Source: Campylobacteraceae bacterium (GTDB lineage Bacteria; Campylobacterota; Campylobacteria; Campylobacterales; JALSKU01). Taken from it: DNA of 64,000 bases. How positions within the stretch are numbered: position 1 is the first letter of the stretch; each line of letters begins with the position of its first letter. The notes under the pieces are model-generated. The model was not told the origin of the DNA. It was given only the letters and a program-made list of their open reading frames with translations, and made no database searches. The stretch spans positions 3,700 to 67,699 of the forward strand of contig JALWUQ010000088.1 in assembly GCA_026993075.1 (NCBI GenBank), written 5' to 3'. This document shows positions 18,863-30,197 of this stretch, in pieces. A program made the position numbers and the translations under genes.

Positions 18863-19441
18863 TTAGTTTGTTATAGCAATTTTTATATAGTTTTCCATTT
18901 CAGATACAATTTCTTCTATACTTCTTTCGCCATTTATCTTTTTTAAAAGTCCAAGTTCTGTATAAAAAGATTGTATTTTTTTCAATGGTTCCATATAAAC
19001 TTTCATACGGTTATAAAAAACTTCCGCATTATCATCATCTCCTCTTGCTCTGCCTAAGACTCTCTCTTTAGCAATCTCTTCACTAACTTCAACTTCGATA
19101 ACTGAGACTAACTTAACATTTTTTTCATTTTTCAATATTTCATTGAGTGCATTCATTTGTTCCACACTTCTTGGAAAACCATCTATCAAAATAACATCTT
19201 TGGGAGCATTTTTAATAGCTTGGACTATTGTATTGATAACTATATTAAGTGGTACTAGATTGCCTTTTGAAGTAAAGCTTTCTATTGTCTTTCCAAGCTC
19301 GCTCTCACTTGCTACCTCAGCTCTTAGCAAGTCGCCTGTTGAATAGTGGATAATTGTGTCACTATTGTTTTTAGCTATTATCCCAGCATCTGTTGTTTTT
19401 CCACTTCCTGGAGCTCCTATGATCAAAAAAAGTTGTTTCAT
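18863..19441 (-). CDS. adk: Adenylate kinase
   Basis: P-loop [11 protein letters not shown] and GDLLR and IDGFPR motifs. The start was set to ATG 19441, preceded by AAGGAG. Confidence 0.92.
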   Translation of the reverse strand: MKQLFLIIGAPGSGKTTDAGIIAKNNSDTIIHYSTGDLLRAEVASESELGKTIESFTSKGNLVPLNIVINTIVQAIKNAPKDVILIDGFPRSVEQMNALNEILKNEKNVKLVSVIEVEVSEEIAKERVLGRARGDDDNAEVFYNRMKVYMEPLKKIQSFYTELGLLKKINGERSIEEIVSEMENYIKIAITN

Positions 19442-19476
19442 TGTAAATTTCTCCTTTTTAAAATTATGCAACAAGT

Positions 19477-21237
19477 CTAATCTTTATTTTCCATTACTGT
19501 TTTTCTAACTCTAAGCCCCAACTCTTTGAGTTGTTCATTATTTACAATGCTTGGTGCCTGTGTTAAAAGACATTGAGCTTTTTGAGTTTTTGGAAATGCT
19601 ATAACATCTCTTATACCCTCTGCTTTGCTTAAAAGCATGATTAGTCTGTCAAATCCTATAGCAAAGCCACCGTGAGGAGGAGCACCAAATTTTAATGCTT
19701 CAAGTAAAAATCCAAATTTTTCATTGGCTTCTTCTTCTGAAATCCCCAAGAGTTTAAATATCTCATTTTGTATTTCTTCTTTGTGTATTCTTATGCTCCC
19801 GCCACCTAATTCAACACCGTTTAACACGATATCATAAGCTATAGAGCTTATCTCTTCTATATTCTCTTTATTTAAATCTTTTGGCATTGTAAAAGGATGA
19901 TGAAGTGCCTTAACAGACCCTCCTTCAACTTCAAACATAGGAAAGTCAACAACCCATATAAAGTTAAATTCATCTTTGGGAATAATATCCATAAGTTCAG
20001 CTAAATAAATCCTAAATCTACCCATATAATCTAAAACAACTTTTTTATCTCCGGCTCCAAAAAATACAACATCACCGACTTTAAGCTTACTTGCTTTTAT
20101 GATTTCATTTAAATCATCTTCACTAAAAAATTTTGTCAACGGTCCTTTAAGGCCATCTTCTTTCATTTGGAAATAACCAAGACCTTTAGCTCCAAATTTT
20201 CTAACATATTCTTCAAAACCTTTCATTTGTCTTTTTGAAAATATGTTATCTCCGTTTGGAACTTTAAGTGCTTTTATACGGTTGTGGGCTTTATCTTTTG
20301 CAATTGAGCTAAATATCTCATTTGTACTATTTTCAAAAATATCTATAACATCAACCATTGATAAATCATATCTAAGATCCGGCTTATCACTGCCATATTT
20401 TTCCATAGCTTCATCATAAGTTATTCTATCAAAGCTTTTAGGCACATCATGACCACAAGCTTTAAATATACTATAAAGCAAGTGTTCGGCAACTTTTATG
20501 ACATCTTCTTGTTTGCAAAAACTAAGTTCAACATCTATCTGGGTAAATTCAGGTTGTCTATCAGCTCTTAAATCCTCGTCTCTAAAACATTTTGCTATTT
20601 GAAAATACTTGTCAAATCCACCTATCATCAATAATTGTTTAAAGAGTTGAGGAGATTGAGGAAGAGCGTAAAACTCCCCATTATGTACACGGCTAGGCAC
20701 CAAATAGTCTCTAGCTCCCTCAGGAGTTGATTTTGTTAGAACTGGGGTATCAACTTCCAAAAAACCTAGTTCATCCAAGGCATTTCTTGCTGCTATTGAA
20801 GCTTTGCTTCTTAATTTGAAAATATTAAAATTTTTTTTGGTTCTAAGCTCAAGGTATCTATATTTTAATCTTATCTCTTCATTTACTCTCTCATCTCCTA
20901 AATCAAATGGCATGGGAAGGGATTTATTTTCTATTATTAAATTGTCAACAACAACTTCAATCTTACCTGTTTTTAGATTTGGATTTTCTAGTCCTTCACC
21001 TCTGTATCTTACCTTTCCGCTCGCTTTTAAAACGAATTCATCTCTGATGCTGTCAGCTATTTTCCAAGATTTTTCATTGTCTTTAGGGTCGCAAACAAGT
21101 TGTATAAGTCCTGTTTTATCCCTTAAATCTATAAAAACCACTCCGCCATGGTCTCTTCTGCTGTTTACCCATCCGCAAAGTCTTATTTCTTTGCCAATAT
21201 CTTTTTCGCTAACCTCGGTGTTATAATGAGTTCTCAA
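19477..21237 (-). CDS. aspS: Aspartyl-tRNA synthetase
   Basis: 586 aa with class II aaRS motifs ([29 protein letters not shown]) and an N-terminal OB fold (GWV...RDHGG..FIDLRD). Confidence 0.95.
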   Translation of the reverse strand: MRTHYNTEVSEKDIGKEIRLCGWVNSRRDHGGVVFIDLRDKTGLIQLVCDPKDNEKSWKIADSIRDEFVLKASGKVRYRGEGLENPNLKTGKIEVVVDNLIIENKSLPMPFDLGDERVNEEIRLKYRYLELRTKKNFNIFKLRSKASIAARNALDELGFLEVDTPVLTKSTPEGARDYLVPSRVHNGEFYALPQSPQLFKQLLMIGGFDKYFQIAKCFRDEDLRADRQPEFTQIDVELSFCKQEDVIKVAEHLLYSIFKACGHDVPKSFDRITYDEAMEKYGSDKPDLRYDLSMVDVIDIFENSTNEIFSSIAKDKAHNRIKALKVPNGDNIFSKRQMKGFEEYVRKFGAKGLGYFQMKEDGLKGPLTKFFSEDDLNEIIKASKLKVGDVVFFGAGDKKVVLDYMGRFRIYLAELMDIIPKDEFNFIWVVDFPMFEVEGGSVKALHHPFTMPKDLNKENIEEISSIAYDIVLNGVELGGGSIRIHKEEIQNEIFKLLGISEEEANEKFGFLLEALKFGAPPHGGFAIGFDRLIMLLSKAEGIRDVIAFPKTQKAQCLLTQAPSIVNNEQLKELGLRVRKTVMENKD

Positions 21238-21300
21238 TATCTTTTCCTCGTTTTATCAAAATTAAGTCGTGATTATATCCAAAAATAGTTAAATACAAGT

Positions 21301-21846
21301 TTATGTATCTTGTAATGATGTTACCAATTCTTGATAAGTTGTTTTGTGATCTTCTAAAAAATCAGATAATAGCTTATATGAAGCATTCATGCCGCCTGTT
21401 TTCTCAACTTCAACTAATTGTTTATATATAGGCTCAATTGTCTCGATGGCTTTTTTTGGAGGTTTTCTTCTAACTGAGTAGTATCCCAAAATATTTCCAT
21501 TCGTATCAACTGAAGCTGTTATATTGGCAAATACCCAATAAAATCCACCGTCTTTTCTTAAATTTTTAACAAATCCGAAAAATTCTTTTTTTTCTTTGAT
21601 TAAATCCCATAAAAGTTTAAAAGCAATTCGAGGCATATCAGGATGTCTTATGATATTGTGATTTGCTCCTATAAGCTCGCTTTCACTATACATGCACATA
21701 TCCATAAATATTTTATTGCAATATGTTATAAAACCTTTTTTATCGGTTTTTGAAACTATAAAATCATTTTCACCCATAACTTTTTCATCATTAATCAATA
21801 CTTTAGGTGCATCAAGTTTACTCAGCCTTTTACTGCTCATAAACAC
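21301..21846 (-). CDS. Stand-alone PAS-domain sensor protein (Aer/CetB-like energy-taxis type)
   Basis: The Aer-type PAS signature is present (IVSKTD.KG.ITY.N..F......Y...EL.G..HNIIRHPDMP...F..LW). There is no TM segment or output domain. Confidence 0.7.
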   Translation of the reverse strand: MFMSSKRLSKLDAPKVLINDEKVMGENDFIVSKTDKKGFITYCNKIFMDMCMYSESELIGANHNIIRHPDMPRIAFKLLWDLIKEKKEFFGFVKNLRKDGGFYWVFANITASVDTNGNILGYYSVRRKPPKKAIETIEPIYKQLVEVEKTGGMNASYKLLSDFLEDHKTTYQELVTSLQDT

Positions 21847-21903
21847 TCCTTTAAAAAACTTTTGCTATTATACAGAAAATAATTTTAATTATAAAGGTAT
21901 AAG

Positions 21904-22779
21904 GTGCAAATTGTAAATATACATGAAAAAATTACAAAAATTACAAAAGTAGGTTTGATTTTAAGACCAAACAGTTACAATTTACAGCCATATTATGATA
22001 AAATAAAGAAAAAATTTGATGAACATAATGCCGAACTGTTGATATTTAAAAAAAGTGCCAAATTATTAGGCATAAACGGGGTTGACTTTGATTATATGTG
22101 TAGAAACAGTGATTTGCTTATTTGTGTCGGAGGAGACGGCACCCTTATATCTATCAGCAGAGAAAGTTATATTTATGATAAACCAATACTTGCTATAAAT
22201 GCCGGAAAACTTGGATTTTTAACTGATATTAATTTTGATGAAATAGAATCCTTTATAGACAAACTTTTTTTAGGTGATTACAGAATAGATAAAAGAATGG
22301 TTTTGAATGTATTTTTTCATACGAAAAATAGTAAAAAAAGTGCAGTAGCCTTTAATGATATAGTTTTTTCAAGGCAAATGATAGGCGGAATGATAAATTT
22401 AAAAGGATATATTGACGGAGTTTTGTTTAATAACTATTATGGAGATGGGCTGATAGTCTCAACTCCTACAGGCTCAACCGCATACAATCTCTCAAGCGGT
22501 GGACCGGTAGTTTATCCTTTAACAGAAGCTTTAATATTAACTCCTCTTTGTTCTCACTCTTTAACTCAAAGACCTCTTATATTACCGGTTGATTTTCAAG
22601 TAGAATTAAAAAGTAAAGATGATGTTTCTATCTCATTAGATGGACAAGAGAATTTTAATATGAAAGATTATGAAAGTGTGGAGTTTAAAATTGCTCCAAG
22701 GGGGGTAAAATTGATACATAGAACTGAAAGAAACTATTTTAAAGTTTTAAGAGAAAAATTAAATTGGGGTGATGTTTGA
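21904..22779 (+). CDS. nadK: NAD+ kinase
   Basis: GGDGTLI, the NDIV region and TPTGSTAYNLS.GGP motifs. The GTG start is uncertain. Confidence 0.9.
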   Translation: MQIVNIHEKITKITKVGLILRPNSYNLQPYYDKIKKKFDEHNAELLIFKKSAKLLGINGVDFDYMCRNSDLLICVGGDGTLISISRESYIYDKPILAINAGKLGFLTDINFDEIESFIDKLFLGDYRIDKRMVLNVFFHTKNSKKSAVAFNDIVFSRQMIGGMINLKGYIDGVLFNNYYGDGLIVSTPTGSTAYNLSSGGPVVYPLTEALILTPLCSHSLTQRPLILPVDFQVELKSKDDVSISLDGQENFNMKDYESVEFKIAPRGVKLIHRTERNYFKVLREKLNWGDV

Positions 22780-24320
22780 TAGAGAGATTTTACCTAAAAG
22801 ATTATCTAAGTTTTAAAGAAGTTGATTTGGAATTTGATAATGGCTTAATACTTTTTAGCGGAGCTAGTGGGGCAGGGAAGTCTATACTTTTGGATGCGAT
22901 ACTTGGAGTTTTTGCACTTAAAGATTTAAAAGCTTCCCTGGCAGAGGTCAGTGTTGATAATGTACTTGATATAGATGACTATGGTATAGAAAATGATGAG
23001 CCCAATATCTTTAGGTTCAGCAAAGGAAAAAGTGCCAGATATTTTATAAATCAAAGTCAGATTTCTAAAAAAAGTATCAAAGAGATATCTAAAAAAATTA
23101 TTGATTATCTTTCATTAAGAGAATACAAAGAGTTTAAAGATGAAAAGATTTTAAAAATATTAGATGAAATTATTCGAAAAGATAATATGAATTATGATGC
23201 AATCCTTAATGATTATAAAAAATATTTTACAGAATTTAAAGAAGCAGCAAGCAAGCTCAATACAATAGAAAATGAAGAGAAAAAAGTCGAAGAATTAAAG
23301 GAATTTGCACTATATGAAATAGAAAAAATTGAAGAAATTTCTCCAAAAATTGGTGAATATGAAGAGCTTTTAAATACAAAAAAAGCTTTATCAAAAAAGG
23401 AAAAAATTACTGAAACTATACAAAAAGCCAATTTATTATTTGAATATGAGGGTTATGCCAACGAAGCACTGAGCCTATTGGAGATAGATAATTCATTTAT
23501 CAGTGAAAGTCTTAATGAACTTAGAGTTCATTTTGAAAATGCAATAGAAAAATTGAATGAGATAGATGAAGAAGAAATTGAAAATATATTAGACAGGATA
23601 GAAAAACTTTCTTCGTTAAAGCAAAGATACGGCTCTATTGAAGATAGTTTGGAATATCTTAAAAAGAAAAAAAGAGAAGTTGAGCATTATCAAAATATCA
23701 AGTATGAAAAAGATGAATTAAAACAACTATATGAAGCTTTACAAAACAGATGTAAAGATTTATCTAAAAAGATTTCCAATAAAAGAAAAGTTGCGATAAA
23801 AAAATTGAATAAAATGATAAATTTATATCTTAAAATGTTGTACCTTGAGGATATAACAATATCGTTACAAGAAAAAAACTTTGATATTACAGGTAGAGAT
23901 AAAATATATATTGATCTTTGGGGGATAAATATTGATAAGATAAGTACAGGAGAATTTAATAGAGTAAGACTTGCTTTTTTAAGCTCTTTTAATGATGTTA
24001 TAAATCAAAACACAAATAACATATTGATTCTTGATGAGGTTGATGCAAACTTAAGTGGAAAAGAATCAATGTCAATAGCAAAATTATTGAAAAAACTCTC
24101 AGTTAATTATCAAATTTTTGCTATTTCTCATCAGCCACAATTAACATCGACAGCAAATATGCATTTTTTAGTCTACAAAGAGGATGGAATCAGTAAAATT
24201 AAAGAATTAAAAACAGAAGAATTAAAAATAAATGAATTAGCAAGGATGATAAGCGGAGAAAAGATAGGTGAGGAAGCGATAGATTTTGCAAAAAGTTTAA
24301 GGAAAAAAGATGATTATTGA
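22776..24320 (+). CDS. recN: DNA repair protein RecN (short form)
   Basis: Walker A GASGAGKSILLDA, a long coiled-coil, and C-terminal LILDEVDA plus ISHQPQ. The start overlaps the nadK stop (TTGA). Confidence 0.85.
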   Translation: MIERFYLKDYLSFKEVDLEFDNGLILFSGASGAGKSILLDAILGVFALKDLKASLAEVSVDNVLDIDDYGIENDEPNIFRFSKGKSARYFINQSQISKKSIKEISKKIIDYLSLREYKEFKDEKILKILDEIIRKDNMNYDAILNDYKKYFTEFKEAASKLNTIENEEKKVEELKEFALYEIEKIEEISPKIGEYEELLNTKKALSKKEKITETIQKANLLFEYEGYANEALSLLEIDNSFISESLNELRVHFENAIEKLNEIDEEEIENILDRIEKLSSLKQRYGSIEDSLEYLKKKKREVEHYQNIKYEKDELKQLYEALQNRCKDLSKKISNKRKVAIKKLNKMINLYLKMLYLEDITISLQEKNFDITGRDKIYIDLWGINIDKISTGEFNRVRLAFLSSFNDVINQNTNNILILDEVDANLSGKESMSIAKLLKKLSVNYQIFAISHQPQLTSTANMHFLVYKEDGISKIKELKTEELKINELARMISGEKIGEEAIDFAKSLRKKDDY

Positions 24321-25089
24321 TACTCATTGTCATTTAGATGATTTAAGATACAGTGATGATTTGGATATTGTTATAGAAAAAGCGAAAAAAAACGGAGTTT
24401 TGGGATTTGTGATACCGGGAGCTGATATAAATGACTTGAAAAGAGCTAAAAGTATTGCCCATAAATACTCAGAAGTTTTCTATGCGGCAGGAGTTCATCC
24501 ATATAATATAAAAGAGTATGATGAACATATCTTAAAAGAATATTTAAAAGATGATAAGTGTATCGCTGTCGGTGAGTGCGGACTTGATTATTTTCGACTT
24601 CCCAAACTTGACTTAGATAAAGATGAAGAAAAAAATAATCAAAAAAGTATATTTAAAAAGCAAATTGAGCTTTCTTTTGAATTTAAAAAACCTTTGATAG
24701 TTCATATCAGGGATGCTAACTTAGATAGTTTTGAAATTATAAAAAGCTATGGAAGCTTTAGTCAGCTTGGCATACTTCACTGCTTTAATGCAAGTGAGAT
24801 GCTACTTGAGCTTGCAGACAGTGGATTTTATTTTGGAATAGGAGGAGTATTGACTTTTAAAAATGCTAAGAAATTGGTAGAAGTTTTACCCAAGATTCCA
24901 TTAGATAGAATAATTTTAGAAACTGATGCGCCATATCTGACTCCACATCCATACAGAGGTAAAAGAAATGAGCCAATTTATACTACTTTAGTTGCTAAAA
25001 AAATGGCTGAAATTTTAAATTTAAGTTATGAGCAAATATGTGATATAACAACAAAAAATGCAAAAAGAGTTTTTAAAGAGTTTTTATAG
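24310..25089 (+). CDS. tatD: TatD family metal-dependent hydrolase
   Basis: IDTHCHL, GECGLDY, HIRDA and ETDAPYL motifs. Confidence 0.9.
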   Translation: MIIDTHCHLDDLRYSDDLDIVIEKAKKNGVLGFVIPGADINDLKRAKSIAHKYSEVFYAAGVHPYNIKEYDEHILKEYLKDDKCIAVGECGLDYFRLPKLDLDKDEEKNNQKSIFKKQIELSFEFKKPLIVHIRDANLDSFEIIKSYGSFSQLGILHCFNASEMLLELADSGFYFGIGGVLTFKNAKKLVEVLPKIPLDRIILETDAPYLTPHPYRGKRNEPIYTTLVAKKMAEILNLSYEQICDITTKNAKRVFKEFL

Positions 25090-25125
25090 TAAAATATTAG
25101 AATTTGTTTTTGAAAGGGTATAAAT

Positions 25126-26334
25126 TTGATTAAAATTTTTTTAGCTTTATTGTTATGCTTTCAAGCATCTTGGGCTTTTTTGACTGTTGAAAATGACTAC
25201 ACAAAAGAGGTCAGAGTATTAAGAAGTTTGGATATAAGCGATAGTTTTTTAAAAGACCCTGTTTTTATATCAATGAATAGTAATCTCGAAAAGTACAGAA
25301 CAAAACACTTTCTAAAAGTTTTGCAAGATGGGCATACTTTTATTCCAGTATTGAGAAATATGTTAGCAAAAGCAAAAATTCCCAAAGCTTTTTTATATCT
25401 AGCAATGGTCGAATCAAGCTTTTCCGCAAAAGCAAAGTCAAAAACAAAGGCAGTTGGTCTTTGGCAATTTATGCCAAGAACTGCAAAAATAATGGGTTTG
25501 AAAATAAATAGATATATTGATCAAAGAAGAGATCCTATAAAGTCAACAAAAGTAGCCATAAAGTATTTAAAATTTCTTCACAAAAGATTTGGCAAATGGT
25601 ATTTGGCTGCTTTGGCATATAATTGTGGCGAAGGAAAGTTGAGTAGAGTTATTAAAAAACTCGGTACAGATAATTTAAGTGTACTTATAAATAATAAGAA
25701 AAAGTATTTGCCAAGAGAGAGCAGGCTCTATCTTAGAAAAATCATAATGATGGCAAATTTATCTAATAATGAAGATTTTATTTCAGAAAATAAAATGGAA
25801 CATTTAATGAATAGAGGAAATACTTTTTTTCTTAAACCTGTAAAAGTAAATGGCGGTGTCTCTTTGGCAAGTATAGCCCAAAGTGTACATTTATCACCGA
25901 GTGAGTTAAAAGAATATAACCCTCAGTTAAGGTATTATTTTACCCCACCGTTTAATAAAAAATATACAATATATTTACCATATTCAAAATATTCTCTCTT
26001 TAAAAGTAATTTTAAACAAAAAAACAGTAATAAAAAATTCTATGTTTATAATGTAAAAAAAGGCGATAGTTTGTATCTTATAGGCAAGAGATTTGGGGTA
26101 TCTTATAAAATTATACGGGATTTTAATCATTTAAAAAGTAATTTATTAAGTTTAAATAAGAGATTAATTATACCATCTATTAGACCAGCATATATAAAAT
26201 ATATAATAAAAAGAGGTGATACACTATCTTTTATATCAAAAAAATTTAGAGTAAAAATAAAAAAAATTATGGAAGCAAATAATATGAAAAATTCTTTTTT
26301 GAGGCCGGGAGTTAAGATTGTTATACCAAATTAG
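25126..26334 (+). CDS. Lytic murein transglycosylase with C-terminal LysM repeats (MltD-like)
   Basis: SLT-domain catalytic region (AMVESSF.....S...A.GLWQFMP.TA) followed by two LysM-like repeats ([13 protein letters not shown]..., [13 protein letters not shown]...). Confidence 0.8.
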   Translation: MIKIFLALLLCFQASWAFLTVENDYTKEVRVLRSLDISDSFLKDPVFISMNSNLEKYRTKHFLKVLQDGHTFIPVLRNMLAKAKIPKAFLYLAMVESSFSAKAKSKTKAVGLWQFMPRTAKIMGLKINRYIDQRRDPIKSTKVAIKYLKFLHKRFGKWYLAALAYNCGEGKLSRVIKKLGTDNLSVLINNKKKYLPRESRLYLRKIIMMANLSNNEDFISENKMEHLMNRGNTFFLKPVKVNGGVSLASIAQSVHLSPSELKEYNPQLRYYFTPPFNKKYTIYLPYSKYSLFKSNFKQKNSNKKFYVYNVKKGDSLYLIGKRFGVSYKIIRDFNHLKSNLLSLNKRLIIPSIRPAYIKYIIKRGDTLSFISKKFRVKIKKIMEANNMKNSFLRPGVKIVIPN

Positions 26335-27094
26335 AAATTTTAGTTTAATCATTTTTATAATCTTCACTATAGCAGGGTGCTCTTCAAAAAACTATTATAA
26401 TGGAGGTTTTGTATACAACAGACCATTAAGTCATCATATAAATAATTCTGCAAGTATACAACACGCTACAATGAGACCTTATGTGGTAAATGGCAAAACC
26501 TATTATCCAACTGTCGTTCAAACCGGAAATGTATATAGAGGTATTGCAAGTTGGTATGGTCCTAATTTTCATGGCAAGAAGACTTCAAATGGTGAATATT
26601 ACGATATGTATGCTCTTACTGCTGCAAATAAAACATTACCAATGAACACGATTGTAAAAGTTACAAATTTATTAAACGGCAAAAGTGTTGTGGTCAGAAT
26701 AAATGATAGAGGGCCTTTTGTAAAAAATAGAATCATCGATTTATCATATGCAGCTGCAAAAAGATTGGATGTCATATCAAAAGGTACTGCTCCTGTTAGA
26801 TTGGAAGTTTTAGGATTTAATGGTATAATTACGGCAAAAAGTGCTAAAAAACAATCCGTACAAATAAATAATTTTTCTGTACAAATTGCTTCTTTTAGAA
26901 GAATCCAGGGTTCAAGAATATATAAAAATAGATACAACAATTATCTAAACAGATATAAAACTTCTATAATAAAAGGTATATATCAAGGAAGACCAATATA
27001 TAGAGTTTGGCTAAATGGCTTTAAAAGTGAAGAAGAGGCAAGAGATTTTATCAAAAGAGGTGATTTTGGTGGCGCCTTTATAGTTAGGAGATAA
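26318..27094 (+). CDS. rlpA: Septal ring lytic transglycosylase RlpA family lipoprotein with SPOR domain
   Basis: Lipobox IAGC, DPBB domain (GIASWYG..FHGK.TSNGE.YD...LTAA.KTLP....[16 protein letters not shown]), and a C-terminal SPOR-like segment. Confidence 0.85.
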   Translation: MLYQIRNFSLIIFIIFTIAGCSSKNYYNGGFVYNRPLSHHINNSASIQHATMRPYVVNGKTYYPTVVQTGNVYRGIASWYGPNFHGKKTSNGEYYDMYALTAANKTLPMNTIVKVTNLLNGKSVVVRINDRGPFVKNRIIDLSYAAAKRLDVISKGTAPVRLEVLGFNGIITAKSAKKQSVQINNFSVQIASFRRIQGSRIYKNRYNNYLNRYKTSIIKGIYQGRPIYRVWLNGFKSEEEARDFIKRGDFGGAFIVRR

Positions 27095-27096
27095 TT

Positions 27097-27669
27097 TTGA
27101 CAGAAATAAAAAGAGAAACAAAAGAGACTAATATAGTTTTAAAATTGGATATGAAAACAAAAGGCAAATGCAATATTATCACAGGAATTGGCTTTTTTGA
27201 TCACATGCTAGAATCATTTTGTAAGCACTCATTAATTGATTTGGAATTAGATTGCAAAGGTGATACCTATGTTGATTTTCATCATAGCGTAGAAGATGTT
27301 GGGATAGTGATTGGAAAAGCTTTATATAAAGAATTGTATCCTCTTAAAGATATAGAAAGATTTGCTGATGCTACTATAGTTATGGATGAAGCTTCTGTAA
27401 AATGTAGTATTGATTTATCAAATAGGCCATTTTTAGTATATGATGTTCCAATTTTTGGAAAAATTGGCGATTTTGATGCGGAATTGATAGAAGAATTTTT
27501 TAGAGCTTTAGTGTTTAATGCATCAATAAATGCACATATAATAAAAGAAAGAGGCAGCAATAAGCACCATATTGCAGAAGCTGCATTTAAATCTTTTGCT
27601 ATATCTCTAAGACGAGCATTGAAAAAAAATCAAAAAACTGGTATTCCAAGTACAAAAGGTGTACTATGA
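27097..27669 (+). CDS. hisB: Imidazoleglycerol-phosphate dehydratase
   Basis: RETKET.I, GIGFFDHML, D.HH..ED and HHI.EA.FK motifs. TTG start after AGGAG. Confidence 0.92.
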   Translation: MTEIKRETKETNIVLKLDMKTKGKCNIITGIGFFDHMLESFCKHSLIDLELDCKGDTYVDFHHSVEDVGIVIGKALYKELYPLKDIERFADATIVMDEASVKCSIDLSNRPFLVYDVPIFGKIGDFDAELIEEFFRALVFNASINAHIIKERGSNKHHIAEAAFKSFAISLRRALKKNQKTGIPSTKGVL

Positions 27670-28163
27670 GTCTTAAACTTGTAGTTTTTGATGTAGATGG
27701 GTGCATGACTAATGGTGATATACTTTATGATGATTCAAATAAAGAAATTAAAGTATTTAATGTAAAAGATGGATTAGGAATAGTTTCTTTGAAAAAATTA
27801 GGTATAAAAACTGCTATAATAACCGGTAGAAACTCAAAAGTAGTTTCTATTAGAGCTAAAGAATTGGGCATTGATTATTTATATCAAGGAGTTAGAAAAA
27901 AGATAGATAAGTTGGATCTTATACTAAAAGAAGAGAGTATAAAATATAGTGAAACAGCATATATAGGAGATGATATAAATGATGTTTGTATATTGGAAAA
28001 AGTTGGTTTTTCTTTTGCTCCAAATAATGCAACAAAATATGCAAAAGATGCTTCAAAAATTAAGTTAAAAAGCAATGGTGGCGATGGAGCGATAAGAGAG
28101 ATGGTTGAAATACTCTTTGAATACAATAATTTAACTGAGAGGTTTTTGAAACTTTGGGAATAA
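27666..28163 (+). CDS. kdsC: 3-deoxy-D-manno-octulosonate 8-phosphate phosphatase
   Basis: HAD motifs (FDVDG..T.G, F.VKDG.G, ITGR, GDD.ND), 165 aa, followed by lptC/lptA-like genes. Confidence 0.85.
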   Translation: MSLKLVVFDVDGCMTNGDILYDDSNKEIKVFNVKDGLGIVSLKKLGIKTAIITGRNSKVVSIRAKELGIDYLYQGVRKKIDKLDLILKEESIKYSETAYIGDDINDVCILEKVGFSFAPNNATKYAKDASKIKLKSNGGDGAIREMVEILFEYNNLTERFLKLWE

Positions 28164-28672
28164 AATTTTTTTCTTTTTTTATAATATTTTTTTTCTTATC
28201 TTCTGTTTTTATAATTTATCAAAAAGAAAAAACACTAAAACCTGATAAAAATCAAGCAAAAGCTCTTATGGAATTCAAAGATATTAAAACATACAATATC
28301 ACATATAATGGCATTGATGGGAAGTTACAGGCAAAAAGTGCAAAACGATATAAATACAAAGATATATTTTATGGCATACATTCAAGCAGAAATAGAATAA
28401 ACGCTAAAGAGCAAATATGGGCAAATAAAGGAATTTTAGAAAACAACATATTAAACTTATACGGAAATGTTCTTTACAAAAGCGATTTAAACAGAACTCT
28501 TTCTAGTAATACAGTAACTTATAATTTAAAAAAAGATATACTTTCAAGTAAGACAGCTTTTAAATCTACATTTGATAATAGCACTCTTATTGGAAGTTCT
28601 TTCATATATTATAAGAAGCAAAAGAGATTAATTGCTAAAAATATAAAAGCACAAATACATACGGAGAGATAA
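28154..28672 (+). CDS. lptC: LPS export system protein LptC-like (membrane-anchored periplasmic protein)
   Basis: N-terminal TM anchor, about 170 aa, and a position between kdsC and the lptA-like gene. Sequence similarity is judged only by context and size. Confidence 0.55.
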   Translation: MGIKFFSFFIIFFFLSSVFIIYQKEKTLKPDKNQAKALMEFKDIKTYNITYNGIDGKLQAKSAKRYKYKDIFYGIHSSRNRINAKEQIWANKGILENNILNLYGNVLYKSDLNRTLSSNTVTYNLKKDILSSKTAFKSTFDNSTLIGSSFIYYKKQKRLIAKNIKAQIHTER

Positions 28673-29142
28673 TGAAATATATATTGTTGGGTTTACTGCT
28701 TACAGTAAGTTTTATGCAAGGAAAAAGCCAAAGCGTTACAGTAACATCAAAATCTTTTGAGGCCAATGAGATAAAACAAATATCGAGATTTATTGGAAAT
28801 GTAAAAGTTGTGAAAGGATATGATACGATTACAGCAAATAAGCTTGTAATACATTTTGACAAAAAGAGAAAGCCCATAGAGTACATAGCTACTGGAAATG
28901 CGAAATTTAAATTGATACTAAATAAAAAACATTATTCCGGGAAAGCAAATGAAATTATATACGATCCTAATAAAAAAATTTATCATTTTATAGGTAATGC
29001 CTTTTTGCAAGATTTAAACAGCAGTAAAAAAATATATGGTGATGATATACAAATAGACCAACTTAATGGAAAATATGATGTTAAAAGTGATGGCAAAAAG
29101 CCTGTAAAATTTATTTTTAAAGTTAAAGATAATACAAAGTGA
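28672..29142 (+). CDS. lptA: LPS transport periplasmic protein LptA (OstA-like domain)
   Basis: Signal peptide and an OstA-like beta-jellyroll pattern (F.GNV.V.KG...I.A.K......). The ATG overlaps the lptC stop. Confidence 0.65.
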   Translation: MKYILLGLLLTVSFMQGKSQSVTVTSKSFEANEIKQISRFIGNVKVVKGYDTITANKLVIHFDKKRKPIEYIATGNAKFKLILNKKHYSGKANEIIYDPNKKIYHFIGNAFLQDLNSSKKIYGDDIQIDQLNGKYDVKSDGKKPVKFIFKVKDNTK

Positions 29143-29732
29143 TAAGAGTGGTTGAAGCAAAATTTTTAACTTCTTGTACTTCGGAAGAAAATATGATAAG
29201 TGAAGGTATGAGCGAGATTGCATTTTTGGGAAGAAGCAATGTCGGTAAAAGTTCATTTATAAATCTCCTTACAAATAAAAAGAATTTGGCAAAAAGCTCT
29301 GGAACACCCGGAAAGACAAGACTTATAAATTTTTTTGATATAGTGTATAAAAATGAAGATAAGAAATATTTAACAAGATTTGTGGATTTACCTGGTTTTG
29401 GATACGCAAAAGTTTCAAAAAGTTTGCAAGAACAATGGAGTAAAAGCTTAAATTATTTTATAGTAAATAGAATTTCCATAAGAGTATTTATTCATCTTAT
29501 AGATGCAAGACACCCAAATCAAAAAATTGACAATGATGTTAGAGAATTTCTAAAAAGTATAAAAAAAGATGATCAAAAAGTAATTGAAATATTTACTAAA
29601 ACAGATAAGCTAAATCAAAAAGAATTATCAAGATTAAAAAAAGATTTCAAAGATTGCATTTTCGTCTCAAATCTTAAAAAAACTGGAGTAAATAAAGCAA
29701 ATAAAGCCATCTTTGGTTATTTGTTTAATTGA
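29139..29732 (+). CDS. engB: Ribosome biogenesis GTP-binding protein YihA/EngB
   Basis: EIAFLGRSNVGKSSFIN, PGKTR.INFF, DLPGFGYAKVSK and TK.DK motifs. Confidence 0.9.
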   Translation: MIRVVEAKFLTSCTSEENMISEGMSEIAFLGRSNVGKSSFINLLTNKKNLAKSSGTPGKTRLINFFDIVYKNEDKKYLTRFVDLPGFGYAKVSKSLQEQWSKSLNYFIVNRISIRVFIHLIDARHPNQKIDNDVREFLKSIKKDDQKVIEIFTKTDKLNQKELSRLKKDFKDCIFVSNLKKTGVNKANKAIFGYLFN

Positions 29733-29735
29733 AAT

Positions 29736-30197
29736 ATGAATATTATATATGAAAAACCCGTATTAAGTGATATAGATGATATGCAGGATTTAGTACGATT
29801 TGATGTTGAAAACGGTACTATTTTATTTAGAAGTGATGATGAGATCGCTACTAATATAAGATCATATACAGTTGCAAAAATTGATGGAAAAATCATAGGT
29901 TTTTGTGCATTGCATATATTTTCAAAAAAATTAGCAGAAATAAGAAGCATCATAATTGATAAAAATTTTAGAGGTATGTATATAGGACAAAACCTTATTA
30001 AAAGAATGATTTTTGAAGGTAAAAAACTAAAAGTTGAAGAAATTTTTGCATTGACTTATGAAAGAGATTTTTTTCAAAAAATGGATTTTACAGAAATAGA
30101 TAAAACAAAACTTCCTGAACAAAAAATTTGGAAGGACTGCATCAAATGCAAATATTTTCCGGTATGCAACGAGATAGCATTTATAAAAAAAATTTAA
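29736..30197 (+). CDS. GNAT family N-acetyltransferase (ArgA-like)
   Basis: Acetyl-CoA binding motif region (LAEIRSIIIDKNFRGMYIGQNLI), 153 aa. Confidence 0.75.
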   Translation: MNIIYEKPVLSDIDDMQDLVRFDVENGTILFRSDDEIATNIRSYTVAKIDGKIIGFCALHIFSKKLAEIRSIIIDKNFRGMYIGQNLIKRMIFEGKKLKVEEIFALTYERDFFQKMDFTEIDKTKLPEQKIWKDCIKCKYFPVCNEIAFIKKI

